Numbered from the whole stretch's first letter, positions 11,287 through 24,216 are shown. The stretch is 63,024 nucleotides of DNA, filler included, from Alcyonidium flabelliforme (GCA_026167845.1; 37 parts of 37 records of this genome joined end to end with filler, not necessarily neighbours in it), one strand, 5' to 3'. A program made the numbers and translations. Notes: generated by a model from the letters alone, not told the origin.

Positions 11287-12941
11287 AGCCCAATGGGTCA
11301 TTTTTTCACAAATTAATCCCTAAAAATGGATTGACTTTTCACAGAAATTCCCATAGAGATTGGTTCAGTTTTCAACAAACCCTAAACATTTTTTTTTTCC
11401 CGATTTTATTTAAAAGTAGCAATTCCAGGGAACTTTTTCAAGAAATAACCTAAAAAATTGGTCCTTTTTTGTGACTGAAAACCCTAAAATTGAGTCAAGT
11501 TTTGAGACCAAAATCCTTAAAAATGGGAGGATATTTTGAGTTTGGCTGCACATACCCATCTAAAAAATATGGTTAGTTCTCCCCCGGGGGTAACGCATCA
11601 GACAGCAGAAACAGTCATTTTGAATAAGAGTACCCCACAATGATAAACCAGATTATAATGCATGATGTATTATATTCTTTTCTAATGTAAAAAAACAATA
11701 ATGTTAAAAAAATATCCTACACATTGGATGGGCATTAGACATGACAAATGTCTTGTTTAAATTAGCGCAATTTTTTTATTTGTAAATATTGTGAGTGCGT
11801 GTAAGGAACGTAGTTATTTTTAAGGTATTTAAGGTTTAAATTGCCCCATACTTTTAGAAATAATTATAAATTTACGTTAATCTTTTGAAATGTATCTTGT
11901 CTGTAAAGATAACGTCCAGAAGATGTAGAATAAATAGTTTTATGCGGTAATAGATAAGAAATAAGTTATCTATGTGATTTTTTTTGTTTGAGCCTTCATT
12001 AAGAAGTTACATGTAATTAAAGTTATAGGTAGATTTAATTCTAGAGTGGCAATCCCTGGGCCTTGGTCAGTAGTGCTGTAATATGATGTGTTGTGGTTAA
12101 AATTAGTAGAATTTGTAATTGTATATATTTCATAGTGACACAAATATTTGCTAATTGCACTTTAACTTCATAGAAAGCAGTACATGTTTATGTTATAATC
12201 CATTAAAAGATCAATTTAATGTTTGGAATGTGCTATAAAAGCAAAATATATATTTATGTAGTCAGAGACATTTGAGGTTTGTTCATGGACAGGTTTGTTA
12301 TAGGGATAGCTGTAGTGTTGATATTGAAGACATGAATGTAAAGACAATGTAAAATTTTCATTTAAGAAAGTGGTAAGTTTTTTATTGAATGAATGAAGTA
12401 TTTTCAAAGATTTTAGTATTAGAGAATTTAAGAATGGGAAATGTTTAGCCATTCATGTTTTATTGAATTTATAGGAAAGATTGTACAAAATGTCTTTGAA
12501 ANNNNNNNNNNNNNNNNNNNNNNNNNNNNNNNNNNNNNNNNNNNNTTAATTAATTAANNNNNNNNNNNNNNNNNNNNNNNNNNNNNNNNNNNNNNNNNNN
12601 NTGCAATGTACCTTCATCTAAATGCATGTGTACTTCATTTATCCCCATGACGTCTACAACCTACTGCCTTGATTGTATAATACCTGCATCTAAGAAGATT
12701 GCTTTACTTGGCTTTATTGTATATAAGTATCTACTTGTGAGGCATTGTCGGTAGAATAACGCTGTTTTGCAGGGCTTTAATACTCCATAATGCACGGGTA
12801 GCCGGGCTGCAAATGACAACCGGGCCGTTAATGGCATTTGCGGCCCGGTTGTCATTTGCAGCCCGACTCTCATTGCTATATTGCAGAACCACACTTGTGA
12901 AGCGAGGCCGGTATATCTCAGCAGTCGGCTGAATATAACAA

Positions 12942-13022
12942 AAATTTCTCCGATTCTAGGAATCGAACCCTGGTCGTAGGGGTCTCAGGCGGGAAACTCT
13001 GCACATGCGCCACATACGCTCA
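12942..13022 (-). mobile_element. Degenerate tRNA-like SINE head
   Basis: Minus-strand B box GGTTCGATTCC with an upstream A-box-like GTGGCGCATGTG. Confidence 0.45.
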
Positions 13023-13209
13023 GCTGATGACACATGTCCAAGAGCGTGCTCTACAATCCAGTGTACTGATGTCATCCAGTCTCGCGGTATCACGTAGGGT
13101 CACAACCACGTGACCGACGAATGCGTGTAAACAAACAGACGAAAATGGATGCGGGTTCTCAAAATGTTTGCGGTATGTATGTCACGTAGTAGATACTAAT
13201 AGTAATAAC

Positions 13210-13378
13210 GTTGTTTTGTCGGGCATTACGGCTGACATTTAAGGACCGGCTTGGATGATTTGTAGCTTTCCATAGTTCATTGGTGTCCCTCGCTTCGCTC
13301 GGGCCACCAATGAACCATGTCGGGCTACAAATCATCCAAGCCGGTCCTTAAATGAGCCGTAATGCCCTCTAAAACAAC
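13210..13378. repeat. Long near-perfect palindrome (foldback MITE)
   Basis: Arms CATTTAAGGACCGGCTTGGATGATTTGTAGC / GCTACAAATCATCCAAGCCGGTCCTTAAATG around a CGCTTCGCTCG centre. Confidence 0.85.
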
Positions 13379-13409
13379 TTTATTGTTATATTAACTATAA
13401 GACCACTGG

Positions 13410-14171
13410 CAGAGATGCCTACCCCAAAATGGTGTTTTCAGTACTTTTGGTGAAGATTTTCAGTATTTTTGGATCACTTTCAGTACTTTTCCGCGACCAA
13501 CGACATTTGACTTACAAAAACAGTGTCTTCCAAAAAAACAAGAAAAATCATCGTGTCCGACTGTTTTGCCAACCTGACAAAATCCTGATGTTTGACGCTG
13601 TTTACCACTGTTTACATGTCGACGACAATCATCGCGTCCACCGTTCCCGATTGAAAAATCCGTCGTGCAAAACGAGCATCGGGCGAATTGTTCCCCTCTC
13701 TGGCATTGCAATTTTTTTTCTTTCTCCGAATTGACCGATTAAACTCGACGGGATTTACAAATTTGTTCTCGATCTGTCACTCGCAAATAAACAAACACAC
13801 GCTTGAAAGAACACCGACTGCGCATGCCCAAACGGAACTGAATAGAACGAGCTTGTATATTACGAGTCTTCTGATTGGATCATTATAATACGGATATAGC
13901 CGAGTTTTAACGAAGTGAAACCGAAGAGCCGACATTACAAATATCTCCGTGCCGCGATGCGAAAGGAAATAAACTGATATTTAGTCGAATAATTCGCAAT
14001 TTATTTGGAATGAAAAACGAATTTTACCAAAACATTGAATGTTGCAAAGAAAAAATATAAAATATACATTTTATAATATTTTCCGTACTAAATTCAGACC
14101 TTCCGTACTACCGTATTTTCTCAGTGAAATCCGTAACAAATACGCAAAATCCGTACTAGTAGGCATCTCTG
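13410..14171 (-). mobile_element. Non-autonomous hAT-like element retaining a BED-like zinc finger fragment
   Basis: TIRs CAGAGATGCCTAC / GTAGGCATCTCTG; internal ARCSFCTTDFSIGNGGRDDCRRH; no TSD seen. Confidence 0.7.
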
Positions 14172-14810
14172 CAGTATTAATAAAAGAATGAACTTTTTGT
14201 AACTTGTCTTTTTATTTTACAATTTCAGTAAAATCTGTTCAACAATCATTTAACACTGAAATATACTTCTTTTNNNNNNNNNNNNNNNNNNNNNNNNNNN
14301 NNNNNNNNNNNNNNNNNTTAATTAATTAANNNNNNNNNNNNNNNNNNNNNNNNNNNNNNNNNNNNNNNNNNNNCTGTCTGCACCCGCAGACCTCTTGTTT
14401 AGCTTCTGCTTTCCGAGATAATAAACAAAAATGGCTATGATTAAGCCCCGATATTAGTTGAGAAAGTACAGAACACTAACAGATGGATTTAGTCAAACTG
14501 GCCTGACCAAAAGCTGCGAGATTTAATTTAAAGGTCTGTCATAGCAAATGCTGCCTGCCCAGAACCATCACCAAAAAAAAAAGCAAACTATTCTTTGCAT
14601 TTACTGTAATGTTTTATTTCAAACTATAAAAGTTCATACAAAGTTAATTACAATAGTACTAAAAATAAATAAAGAGCTAGCTAAATATCAAATATAGATC
14701 ATAAATATAGTGACTTATAACTATGAATATATAATTATATACAGTAGTGACACTAAATGAATATCTAGCAAACTAATACAAGGATTTTCTCCAGTGTCTA
14801 AGCATACTTA

Positions 14811-15671
14811 GGGACTGGTCAGAAATTACCACGGGGGAGGGGTTGGTGCAAACAGGGGGGGGTCACGAATTTTTGTGCCAGGCAAAAGGGGGGGGTCATG
14901 AATTTTTGTGCACCACGAAAGGGGGGGGTTGTAATTTTTTGCGCAGTGATTCTTGAAAAATACCTTTCTTGATTTTCACAAACTAGTAGGAAAAGAGAGG
15001 ATCCCTAAACAAGAAAATTTAAAAAAATAAAAAGCACACATAGCAGCAAGTCAACTTAATACCAAGTTACCCAGCAACTTAGAGAAATCAAATAGTATGA
15101 ATGACAGTTCAGCTGAAAATGATAGTGACAGTGGTGAAGATGTAGTTGCAGCTGAAATAGGTAGTAGTTCTAGAGTGATTCGGAGTCTGAAGACAAAGAT
15201 TAATAGCCAATCCTGTGAAAACACATTCTGGACGTAGAGTGCGAAGCAAACAATTCTTTGGTGACTGATTAAGTAAAGGAAGTTCAAAATATTTCGTTGT
15301 ATAATAACTATTTTAATGGATTACACAATATATACAGGAGTTGCAATCTATACACTAAAGAAGTTTGAAGGTATAAAAAGTGGCACAATGTATCATGGCA
15401 AAAAAGAGTCCCAAAATGCACCAGATTGCAGGAAATCACATGAAATATTAAAAAATTTTCCGGGGGGGCATGCCCCCGGACCCCCCTAGTTTCGCTTTGC
15501 GCCCTGTGGGCGCTCGCCTGTCGGAGGGGGGGGGTCATCATTTTTTTTACTTGCTCTTAGGGGGGGGGTTGCAATTTTTTGTGCTAACCCTGGAGGGGGG
15601 GTTGGATTTTTTTGTGCACCATGTTTTTGAAATGCACCAACCCCCCCCTGTGGTAATTTCTGACCAGTCCC
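14811..15671. mobile_element. MITE with long TIRs and TA target duplication, inserted in a LINE 3' remnant
   Basis: GGGACTGGTCAGAAATTACCAC / GTGGTAATTTCTGACCAGTCCC, G-run subterminal repeats, TA on both sides. Confidence 0.9.
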
Positions 15672-15798
15672 TAAGTATGACTTCTTTGTGAGAACAATTC
15701 CTGTATGGAATAGCCTGTCTATGGAAGCAGTGTCAGCAGACAACATCTATTCATTTCAGAGGCTGGCATTGCCCATTATCCAAGGTCTAGCTATTTAG
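15672..15798 (+). pseudogene. LINE ORF2 C-terminal remnant
   Basis: KYDFFVRTIPVWNSLS matches the K.SFF.R.I..WN.L LINE end motif. Confidence 0.7.
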
Positions 15799-16129
15799 GG
15801 TAGTATATAGTAGTGGTTTTTATCTTGCACTGTGCACTTTTAGCCTTTTATCTGTCATTTATTTATGGCTGTTTTGTAAATACACGTTTGTTTCATCCAC
15901 CGGGTGTAGTCACACTCGACCTACTGTGATAGGTTCAATAGAACCTCTAGTAGTAAACTACTTGAAGACTCTGATTAATAGTCAATAATACATTAATAGT
16001 AATTTACACTTACACTTAATACAGGTTNNNNNNNNNNNNNNNNNNNNNNNNNNNNNNNNNNNNNNNNNNNNTTAATTAATTAANNNNNNNNNNNNNNNNN
16101 NNNNNNNNNNNNNNNNNNNNNNNNNNNGA

Positions 16130-16626
16130 AACGGGCGGAACCAAACAATACAGATGAACAAACTCGCTTTTTCAAATTACCTTACCTAGGTACTTTTTCT
16201 AAGCGTACTCGTATTAAGCTAGAAAAACTGGTCAAACGTTATTGTGGTAATTTGAATATTCGTATTGTATTTCAGTCATTTAAAATTGGTTCCATGTTTA
16301 GTTTGAAAGATCCTATGTCTCTGAAATCTCGTGTTATTTATCAGTTCAAATGTAGAAGTTGTGATTCGACTTACTTGGGTGAAACATCCCGTCATTTAAA
16401 CACGAGAATTGCTGAACATCTTGGCAGAGATAAGAACTCTCATGTTTTCAAACATTTACAGGAATCTGCGGCATGCAGAGCTACTTGTGATCCTACATGC
16501 TTTACAGTTTTGGATACTGCAGACAATGTTTATAATTTGAGGCTTAAGGAATCGATGTACATATTATGGAATAGGCCGAATTTGAATGGACAGATAAAAC
16601 ATGCCTTTTTAAATATTTGTGTTTAA
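16130..16626 (+). mobile_element. Penelope-like element 3' end, GIY-YIG endonuclease
   Basis: VIYQFKCRSCDSTYLGETSRHLNTRIAEH ... LKESMYI...PNLN. Confidence 0.92.
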
Positions 16627-16754
16627 ATGTCAGTTTGAGCGACATCTGTTGGTAGTTTTAGGTTTTACTTTATTATCTCCCCTGTTAATATTGTAGCCAA
16701 TAAGCGCTTTCGTTGATTGTATATATAGCTTTGTGTTGGCCAGTTTGGCGCATT

Positions 16755-16790
16755 TTTGAAAATGAAGTTAGAGACTTCGAAACTAGTCAA
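16755..16790 (+). ncRNA. Minimal variant hammerhead ribozyme motif
   Basis: TTGAAAAT, stem GAAGT/ACTTC, GAAA, palindromic CTAG, TC; downstream of a PLE ORF. Confidence 0.55.
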
Positions 16791-17230
16791 GTTTGAATAA
16801 AACCAACTACGATGATACGTTTTAAAAGTATCGTGTTTTTTATCATTGCAATTTGAAAAAGAAAATAAATTAGTTTCGCTAGCAACTTGAATATTGTGCC
16901 CTCAATAAGAAGTACACGTATATCGACGTTTAGCAAAATGACTCTGACATTGAATTTTCAAATCATCATTCAGTTGCAGAGTAAAAGCCTATTTGACAAT
17001 AGGTGAAACGTAGCAAAGTAAGAACTAATTCCAGTATTTGATTCAATTTATCTCCATTCTAATGCAAACTGGATGACTCAAAACATTCATTCTATACTCT
17101 ATAAACATCCAATTACCAGTGTAGGTATTAGCACCAACGCAAGACAACAGCAAATGCATCGTGGTTAATAAAATCAAATCAACAACATAATATTAGGATG
17201 CATTGAATATAGAAAACAACGCTTTTAAAA

Positions 17231-17272
17231 GTCGACATGTTTCAACGTGTATTCTTCACATTATTCTCAAGA
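17231..17272 (-). ncRNA. Minimal variant hammerhead ribozyme motif
   Basis: Minus strand CTTGAGAAT, stem AATGTG/CACGTT, GAAA, palindromic CATG, TC. Confidence 0.55.
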
Positions 17273-17379
17273 CAAATGGCGATGTAAACAAAGCAACCTC
17301 ACTATATATAGCGTGGGTTGGTATAAATACAGGAAGGTAACAGAAACGTGGAATAACAGGACAAGTAATTAATTGAAAT

Positions 17380-17615
17380 CTAAACATACAGCGTAATCAA
17401 TTCATGTGTAAGCTGAGCATTTAATACAGGGTGTTCTTTAGAAATAATTAACCCTTCCTTCAACCTTAATTTAAATTGATTACTATCAGAATCCAATATA
17501 GAAAAACACGATTCATTAGACAATCTCTTGCAGTTGGGATTATTGTCCAAATGTATGAAAACGTGCGATGATTTGTTACTTCTCAAATGTTCCTTAATCC
17601 GGGTTGTCAAATGAT
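17380..17615 (-). mobile_element. Second, 5'-truncated Penelope-like GIY-YIG end, convergent with the first
   Basis: TRIKEHL...SHVF.HL...C.....CFSILD......LKE.L.I...P.LN. Confidence 0.85.
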
Positions 17616-17629
17616 GAATGTAATCATGA

Positions 17630-17776
17630 AATCTGCATCATAGTCAAAAAATTCAAAAAAATCGGTAAAGGGGTAAATTTGAGATCTTTGTATCCAAAAA
17701 ACCTTGTCGGATGACAAGGTTTTCGAAATTTTCACTTAGTTAGGATAAAAAGCTCCAATTTACCCCTTTACCGATT
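17630..17776. mobile_element. Palindromic MITE, partial; family shared with the copies near 47900 and 59900
   Basis: AATCGGTAAAGGGGTAAATT / AATTTACCCCTTTACCGATT arms. Confidence 0.75.
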
Positions 17777-17876
17777 NNNNNNNNNNNNNNNNNNNNNNNN
17801 NNNNNNNNNNNNNNNNNNNNTTAATTAATTAANNNNNNNNNNNNNNNNNNNNNNNNNNNNNNNNNNNNNNNNNNNN

Positions 17877-19522
17877 CCAGCAGGTATTTCAGCCACATTG
17901 TTAGGAAATAGCCGCATTGAGTTGAGCGGGAGTGCAAGCTTAGCTGACTACCAGTCTGCTATTGATGCCATCACTTTTGCCAATACCTCTGCTACGCCTA
18001 GTGAAATAGACCGTATCATTGAAGTGACAGTCACTGATATAAATAATGCTGATAGTAATACAACGACGACGGTTATCAGTGTGGATGCGACGCCGCAAGC
18101 AGTCGATGATATTGCTCAGGTTACTGAAGGCGGTAAAACCATATCGTCGAATACCACTTCCCTAAACTTACTAACCAACGATGATTTGGGTACGCCAAAT
18201 ACAACCATTACGTCATTCACATATTTAGATGAAAATGGCATTAGTCAAACAGGAGCAATAGGCTCTGCAGTCGATACTCAATATGGTTCATTAACTATTA
18301 ACGCAAATGGCACGTGGACATACACATCGGATGATACATCGGATAATCTAAATGGCATTATCGATAGTATCTCTTATACGATTACAGACGCCGATGGTGA
18401 TACCAGTACCGCTGATTTTAATATCACAGTGGATGACACGCAGCCCACGGCACTTATTCCTGAAGTTACGCTGAATGAAGACGATCTAGCTGGCGGCACC
18501 GATACGACGCCTGATGCGCTACGAGCGATGCGTAACCTTGGTATCACTAAGGCTGCAGATGACATCAGCGATGTGGTATTCACTGGTGTTACCACAGCAG
18601 GGCTAGAAGCCTTAGCGCTTGCGTCCAATGGTGAGCCGTTGACTTATGAGGTAAGTAATGATGGTCATACGGTGGTTGCTAGTAGTGCCACAGGCAATAG
18701 TGTGTTTACCATTACTTTGACCAATCCCACAGATAGCACTGGAGATACGCAAGCATTTGTATTTGAGCTACAAGGTCAGTTAGATCACACTGATGGAGTT
18801 ACAATTACCTTACCTGTCAAATATGAAATTCAAGACACAGACAGTGCTACGGTGCAAAAATTTAATGTCAATATCGAAGATGATAAGGTACTGGCTAAAG
18901 ATGATACACCTGTAAGTGTGGTTGAAGGCTCGTACGTTGATGGTGATGATAGTACGTTACTTACGGGTAATGTGATTGATAACGATAAAGGTGCAGATGC
19001 GGACTTAAAAATCAATAACTTTACTTATTCAGATAAAGACGGAAATACGGTTGAAGATTCTACCGAGTTTGGGGTGAGTCTCGAAACGCCGACAGGTATT
19101 TTAACGGTTAATGAAGATGGCAGCTGGACGTTTGCCGCTAATAAAGCGATTGATAATCGTGACCCTGCGCCTAACCTACAAGACGACGGCTCATTCAGTT
19201 ACACACTAATCGATGCTGATGGTGATGTGTCAGATGCTGCTAAGCAGCCCATAAGCGTGACAGACACCGCACCGGTTATCGAAAGCGATGAAAGCGTTGT
19301 CTTAAAAGAGAGTGATTTGTTCCCTAATTCGGGTACTGCTAGCACTTATGTGGTCAAAGTCGAATCCGCATTTACGGTCACTGGCAATGAGGATAATATT
19401 TCTGATATTTACTTTACCATGGGTGATGGCGATCTAATAAACGGTCGTTTCCAGAGCAGTGGGCTACCGCTTTATTATCGCTATGCTGAGGTCGATGGCG
19501 TAATAGATTATAGCACCCTATA
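17877..19522 (+). CDS. Internal fragment of a giant Ig/cadherin-like repeat adhesin (T1SS/RTX-adhesin type)
   Basis: Acidic Thr/Asp-rich repeats G.LT.NA.GTWTY, YTITDADGD, V.DT.P; open at both ends. Confidence 0.88.
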
Positions 19523-19648
19523 NNNNNNNNNNNNNNNNNNNNNNNNNNNNNNNNNNNNNNNNNNNNTTAATTAATTAANNNNNNNNNNNNNNNNNNNNNN
19601 NNNNNNNNNNNNNNNNNNNNNNCTTTTTAAATTTACGCTTGCATGAAT

Positions 19649-21265
19649 TCATGAAATTTTAGTATTTTTTCGTAGTAAAGATAATTTATTCCAAAGGTCT
19701 TTATGATCTTTCTCAGGAAATACGGCTATCATACCTTTTAAACAATACTCTACTAACTCAAGATTATTGTTCAACTCGGATACTTCAAGCATCAACTGCC
19801 AATATGGGTAACTGTCCCTTCCGGTAGGTTTTGGATATTGTTCCTCCAAACCTTCAAAATAGCCCAATCTGAGTAATGTAAGCAAAGATTCATAATAACG
19901 CTGTTCTCTCAGTTTTTCATAACTATTAAATAACTGCTCAGCCTCTAGCCATTTTTTGGATGCAATAAGCATATCCAAGTAATAATTAAGTATTTCAATA
20001 TATAAAGATAAATCTTTATCTCGAAAATATTCTTCAAATAAAGGAGTAACTTTAGACCACTGTTTTGTTGCAAATAATGCACAAATATAAATCAAATGCA
20101 CTTTATCAAAAGGTTGAATGTACTTATTAACATAGGCTCTTTCATATTGTCGGATGATCTTTTCAAACTGTCCATTTAGATCTGAGACCTCTATAATACG
20201 CAACCTGCAAGCATGATCACCTAGTGTATGTTTCTCATATTTTAATAAGTAACTATAGGCTTTTTCTAACATCTTGCTTCTTATGCATAAATCACAGGCT
20301 ACCAGCTCTAATTTATATAGCTTTTTATCTGATATCTTCATTTCAGCCAAAGTATTATCAATAGCTTCTATCGCATCGTCTATCTTACCTCTAAGTATCT
20401 TACTACTAATATCGAATACCGTCTCTTCAGTTTCTGATAGATCATGACTCGACAATTCTCGTTGTAATAGTTCTACAAGCTTAATGCTCTCTAATCTAGA
20501 AGCCAATAATAAAATATTTAACTGTTCTTCTACTGAAATAGGAATATTATCTGAAAAATAACTTAGACCTCTTTCTTCATAACCTGTACATAAATCTACT
20601 TTGGCTTTCCAATAATCAGCACACTCAACTTCATTCTCTGTGATGAAAAGAAGAATTTCACTATATCTATACTGATGATACAATGCTAATAAATAGTTTG
20701 TATAGCCAAATTTATTCAGTGTAATCTCTTCTTTTTCCATAGCATAATTCAACAACTGCTGGCTACGGCTTTCTAGAAGCTCCCAATCACTTGAACGTTT
20801 AGCCTGTTCGATAAATAATTTCAAGACATCAATATTAACATCTATTTCTTTATCGATATCACAAATAGCACTAAAAACTCTCTCAGAATTATACATATCA
20901 CGATATAAGAATGTTTTTTCAATACGTGAGGCAAAAGGCTCTATAGGTTCAGCTTCATTTGCTAATAATTTCTGTAGTGAATGAATCACCTCATTCTCTT
21001 CATTGACAACAGGACCAAAGCCATCTTCTCTATATATAAAATAGTTAGGTTTAGAGGTATGAGAGCCAGATAAAAACTCATCTTCATCAAATTGATAATA
21101 AATAACTTGTTTATTCAAAAATGCCATTTCAAATGCTACTGAAGAGTAGTCAGTAATCATTAATGCTGATTTCTGAAACAAGGGCTGAATACTACCGATA
21201 TCATGAGTGACAACGTCAATATAATCTGGAATATCGAATAAGTGCGAGTAAATCTGTACATTTGC
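19649..21265 (-). CDS. CDP-glycerol glycerophosphotransferase-family C-terminus followed by a long helical (TPR-like) extension, 5' partial
   Basis: MITDYSSVAFEMAFLNKQVIYYQFD and DGFGPVV motifs. Confidence 0.85.
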   Translation of the reverse strand, partial: ANVQIYSHLFDIPDYIDVVTHDIGSIQPLFQKSALMITDYSSVAFEMAFLNKQVIYYQFDEDEFLSGSHTSKPNYFIYREDGFGPVVNEENEVIHSLQKLLANEAEPIEPFASRIEKTFLYRDMYNSERVFSAICDIDKEIDVNIDVLKLFIEQAKRSSDWELLESRSQQLLNYAMEKEEITLNKFGYTNYLLALYHQYRYSEILLFITENEVECADYWKAKVDLCTGYEERGLSYFSDNIPISVEEQLNILLLASRLESIKLVELLQRELSSHDLSETEETVFDISSKILRGKIDDAIEAIDNTLAEMKISDKKLYKLELVACDLCIRSKMLEKAYSYLLKYEKHTLGDHACRLRIIEVSDLNGQFEKIIRQYERAYVNKYIQPFDKVHLIYICALFATKQWSKVTPLFEEYFRDKDLSLYIEILNYYLDMLIASKKWLEAEQLFNSYEKLREQRYYESLLTLLRLGYFEGLEEQYPKPTGRDSYPYWQLMLEVSELNNNLELVEYCLKGMIAVFPEKDHKDLWNKLSLLRKNTKIS

Positions 21266-23107
21266 NNNNNNNNNNNNNNNNNNNNNNNNNNNNNNNNNNN
21301 NNNNNNNNNTTAATTAATTAANNNNNNNNNNNNNNNNNNNNNNNNNNNNNNNNNNNNNNNNNNNNTAGGCAAAAACATCTTCAAGGGGATTGAAAGTTAG
21401 CTCCTTACAAAATCATGGGATGATTCATGAGAGTCAAGAATTAATCATTTTCTTTTTGGAAATTCGATTCTTTATTTGAAACTTTTTGTCTGAGATGTAG
21501 AAAGTCTACATACATTCTTGCAATGATGAAATACTATCAGTTGACGGTTTTGAGTATGATGTTAGGTAAGTAGATTTTATTTATTTGTTTGATTGGTTGA
21601 ATTAGATACCGTTATTTTAAAAGGCAAGCGCATATATAGAGGATAATTAACTAGTGTCATTGAATAATAAATTTCTCAAAATGAGTCAAAATCCGAGCCT
21701 TTGGCGAGGATTTTGACGAGTTTTGAGAAATTTATTATTCAATGACGACGAGTTTATTGTTCTTTTTCTCACATGAAACAGTGACGACGCGTTGTCGAAG
21801 AAAAAACGAGTCGCGTATGAATACAGTGATCCGTCAGCATTATCAATTTCGTGTGTTTGGTGATTTGTCAGAAGGACAGTGGTAAAGCCAGACACTACCA
21901 TTGTATTTTAATTTCTAAAGCGCGGTCAACTTCAGTCGTCTTTTAATGACTTTTATTGACCCTAAATTACTACAGATTACTGAACGCCGATAATTGGATT
22001 TTCCGCTGGAAATCTGTTTTGGAATAACTTGGCCCGGAACTCGGGTTTGCCTGGACCGATTTTGGCGATTCAAAATTCAATTTACTGATTTTTTAATGAT
22101 ATTTACAAATATGTTTAGTTTAACTTTGTCAGTTTAGTGGTTTTTATTCCATAAAAAACAGCCGAGTATTCTATTAGCAGTTGCACTCAACATTGCCCAA
22201 TTAAGTAATAAAATGCGGTTAAACGAGGCTGGGCGAACAATGGCCTTTCAGTCCTACGAAAACACGAGTAGGGGCGAATGTCTACAGTCGAACACCCCGA
22301 GATACCTCAATTTTTGGGAACAAACTTGAGGTATCTCATCGAACCTGGGTTATTAATAATGTTGCAACTTTTTTTCCGACACGAACGAACCCTGTGAGAC
22401 TCTGATTATACCAACGGATATCCTGTTATATGTAATCCCATGCCAAGGCTGTTTAAGCAGTATTGTCAGTCGCTTTGTTTAGGATTACTAAAAAACAACG
22501 TATAATTTTACGATTTTCCCGCCAATTTAGAACATATGTAAATGAGGTGCGCATGTACGCAAAAAAAATTACCCCAATGTGTTCTTTATCCCTTTTTAAA
22601 CAGAATAAATGTAAAAAATATCTTAACTTTTAACAAATTATTCAATAATGAGGTAAGTTTCGAGAAGAAGGCAAAAATGTATAAAAGTTGACGGTTGCTA
22701 TTTTCAGCGTCTTGAAAAACGGACTTCCCCCAAACGGATTTATTGCAACTTTTTTTCCTACACCAAGGACACGTGAGAGATACTAATTCTGCAAAAAAAT
22801 TGCTTCACACCAAAATGCCGACCTAAGGCCTTCTGGAGCCGTATTGTTACTGGATCAAATTTGTTTCTTTAAATTTCTAAAAGAGGCTTTTTAAGTGGAA
22901 TCTTTATCTAACCACCCACGTAACCTTAAATAAACGACTTTATATAACACCTTAGTAAAGCTGCCATGTGTGATTGGAGGATTGTTGATCACATGATGAT
23001 TAGTTTCNNNNNNNNNNNNNNNNNNNNNNNNNNNNNNNNNNNNNNNNNNNNTTAATTAATTAANNNNNNNNNNNNNNNNNNNNNNNNNNNNNNNNNNNNN
23101 NNNNNNN

Positions 23108-23938
23108 CTGTTTCTTCCAGCACTCCGCGACCACATGGCCGCGCTTCTTGCAGTAGGTACACTTCTTGGGATTTCTCTGCACTGCATTGATTGACGGTCC
23201 TGGGACTCCCTGCGGGGGCGCGGGAGACTCCTTTCGTCGGACCGTCTGTTCGGCGTTGGAAAGCCGATTTCCGATCGTGGTCGGGTTGACCGGATCCTTG
23301 TCATTCTGGATCGCATCCACAACCAGGATGTACTCCGGTCCGATCTGCGTCAGCAAGATCGCGATGTGTGCTCGATCGCCGATCGATCCGGGCGCGATGG
23401 CATTCAATCGATGTACCAGCAACCGTACACGGTCAACGAATTCGCGCGCACTGCCGCAGCGCTCGCCAGTGGTTTCGCGAAGCTGGGCGAACAGCTCGCA
23501 GAACGTGGCGAGTTCCATTCGCCGGTACCGTTCTTCAAGTTCATTCCAGAGGTCGCGAGACGTCTCCAGTCCCGCGACATGAATGCTAATGTGGGGGGAC
23601 AGGTACCGGAAGATAGTGTGGTAGGCCTCGGCTTCGCGGCGCGACCATTCACGGTGGCGCTCGAACGCCTGGACCTCCACTTCGAGGCGCGCTTCAATGG
23701 TCCGCTGCCTCACCGCCCCGTTGAGGTGGGGCTCCACCAAGGGGTGGATATCCGCCGTAATGGGTTTGGCGTACTTGAATAGACAATCGGGACGCTGAAG
23801 GTCGCCCGACACTACATCCCAGACCTGCCTTGCTTTGAGATAGGAGGTCATGAGACGTTTCCAGGTCGTGAAATTGTCGCTTCCTGTCAAAGGCCGTGGC
23901 AGGTCGGCCGGGCGAGTCGTGAACCAGAGCAGACATGG
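23108..23938 (-). mobile_element. Ty1/copia Gag, fungal type, 3' partial
   Basis: LTGSDNFTTWK..M..YL....WD.V.G, LWNELEERY, zinc knuckle CTYCKKRGHVVAEC. Confidence 0.9.
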
Positions 23939-24029
23939 TAATGGCTGTGAAAGCGGGGTAGATAAGTATAATCAGGATGATAAAGATGTTTCTCAAATGA
24001 GTATAAACGGCACCCGAGAGTTTGCTCCC

Positions 24030-24216
24030 GGGCTCATAACCTGTTGTAGTTCAGAGGTATGAATTGTCTTATTATTTCAGAGGGATACATGAGCCTATAT
24101 ATACAACAATTAGCCAAGTTGATTGGAAATCAACTTGGTCGTCTGTATAGGCACTTCGGAGCTAATTCCGACGGAGCGGCTTGCTTCCTGATCTGTACCA
24201 GCCTCATATCACAACA
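24030..24216 (-). repeat. Copia 5' LTR (24042-24216, 175 bp) plus PBS
   Basis: TGTTGT...ACAACA termini followed on the minus strand by GGTTATGAGCCC. Confidence 0.85.

Noticed and set aside
21366..23007. Non-coding AT-rich contigs (also 29924-31520, 41744-43313, 60110-61405)
   Set aside because: Probably TE-derived host DNA, but no paired ends or coding motifs I can support
23890..23940. Programmed frameshift at the copia gag start (ATG out of frame by one base)
   Set aside because: More likely a single indel in a decaying copy; cannot be tested here
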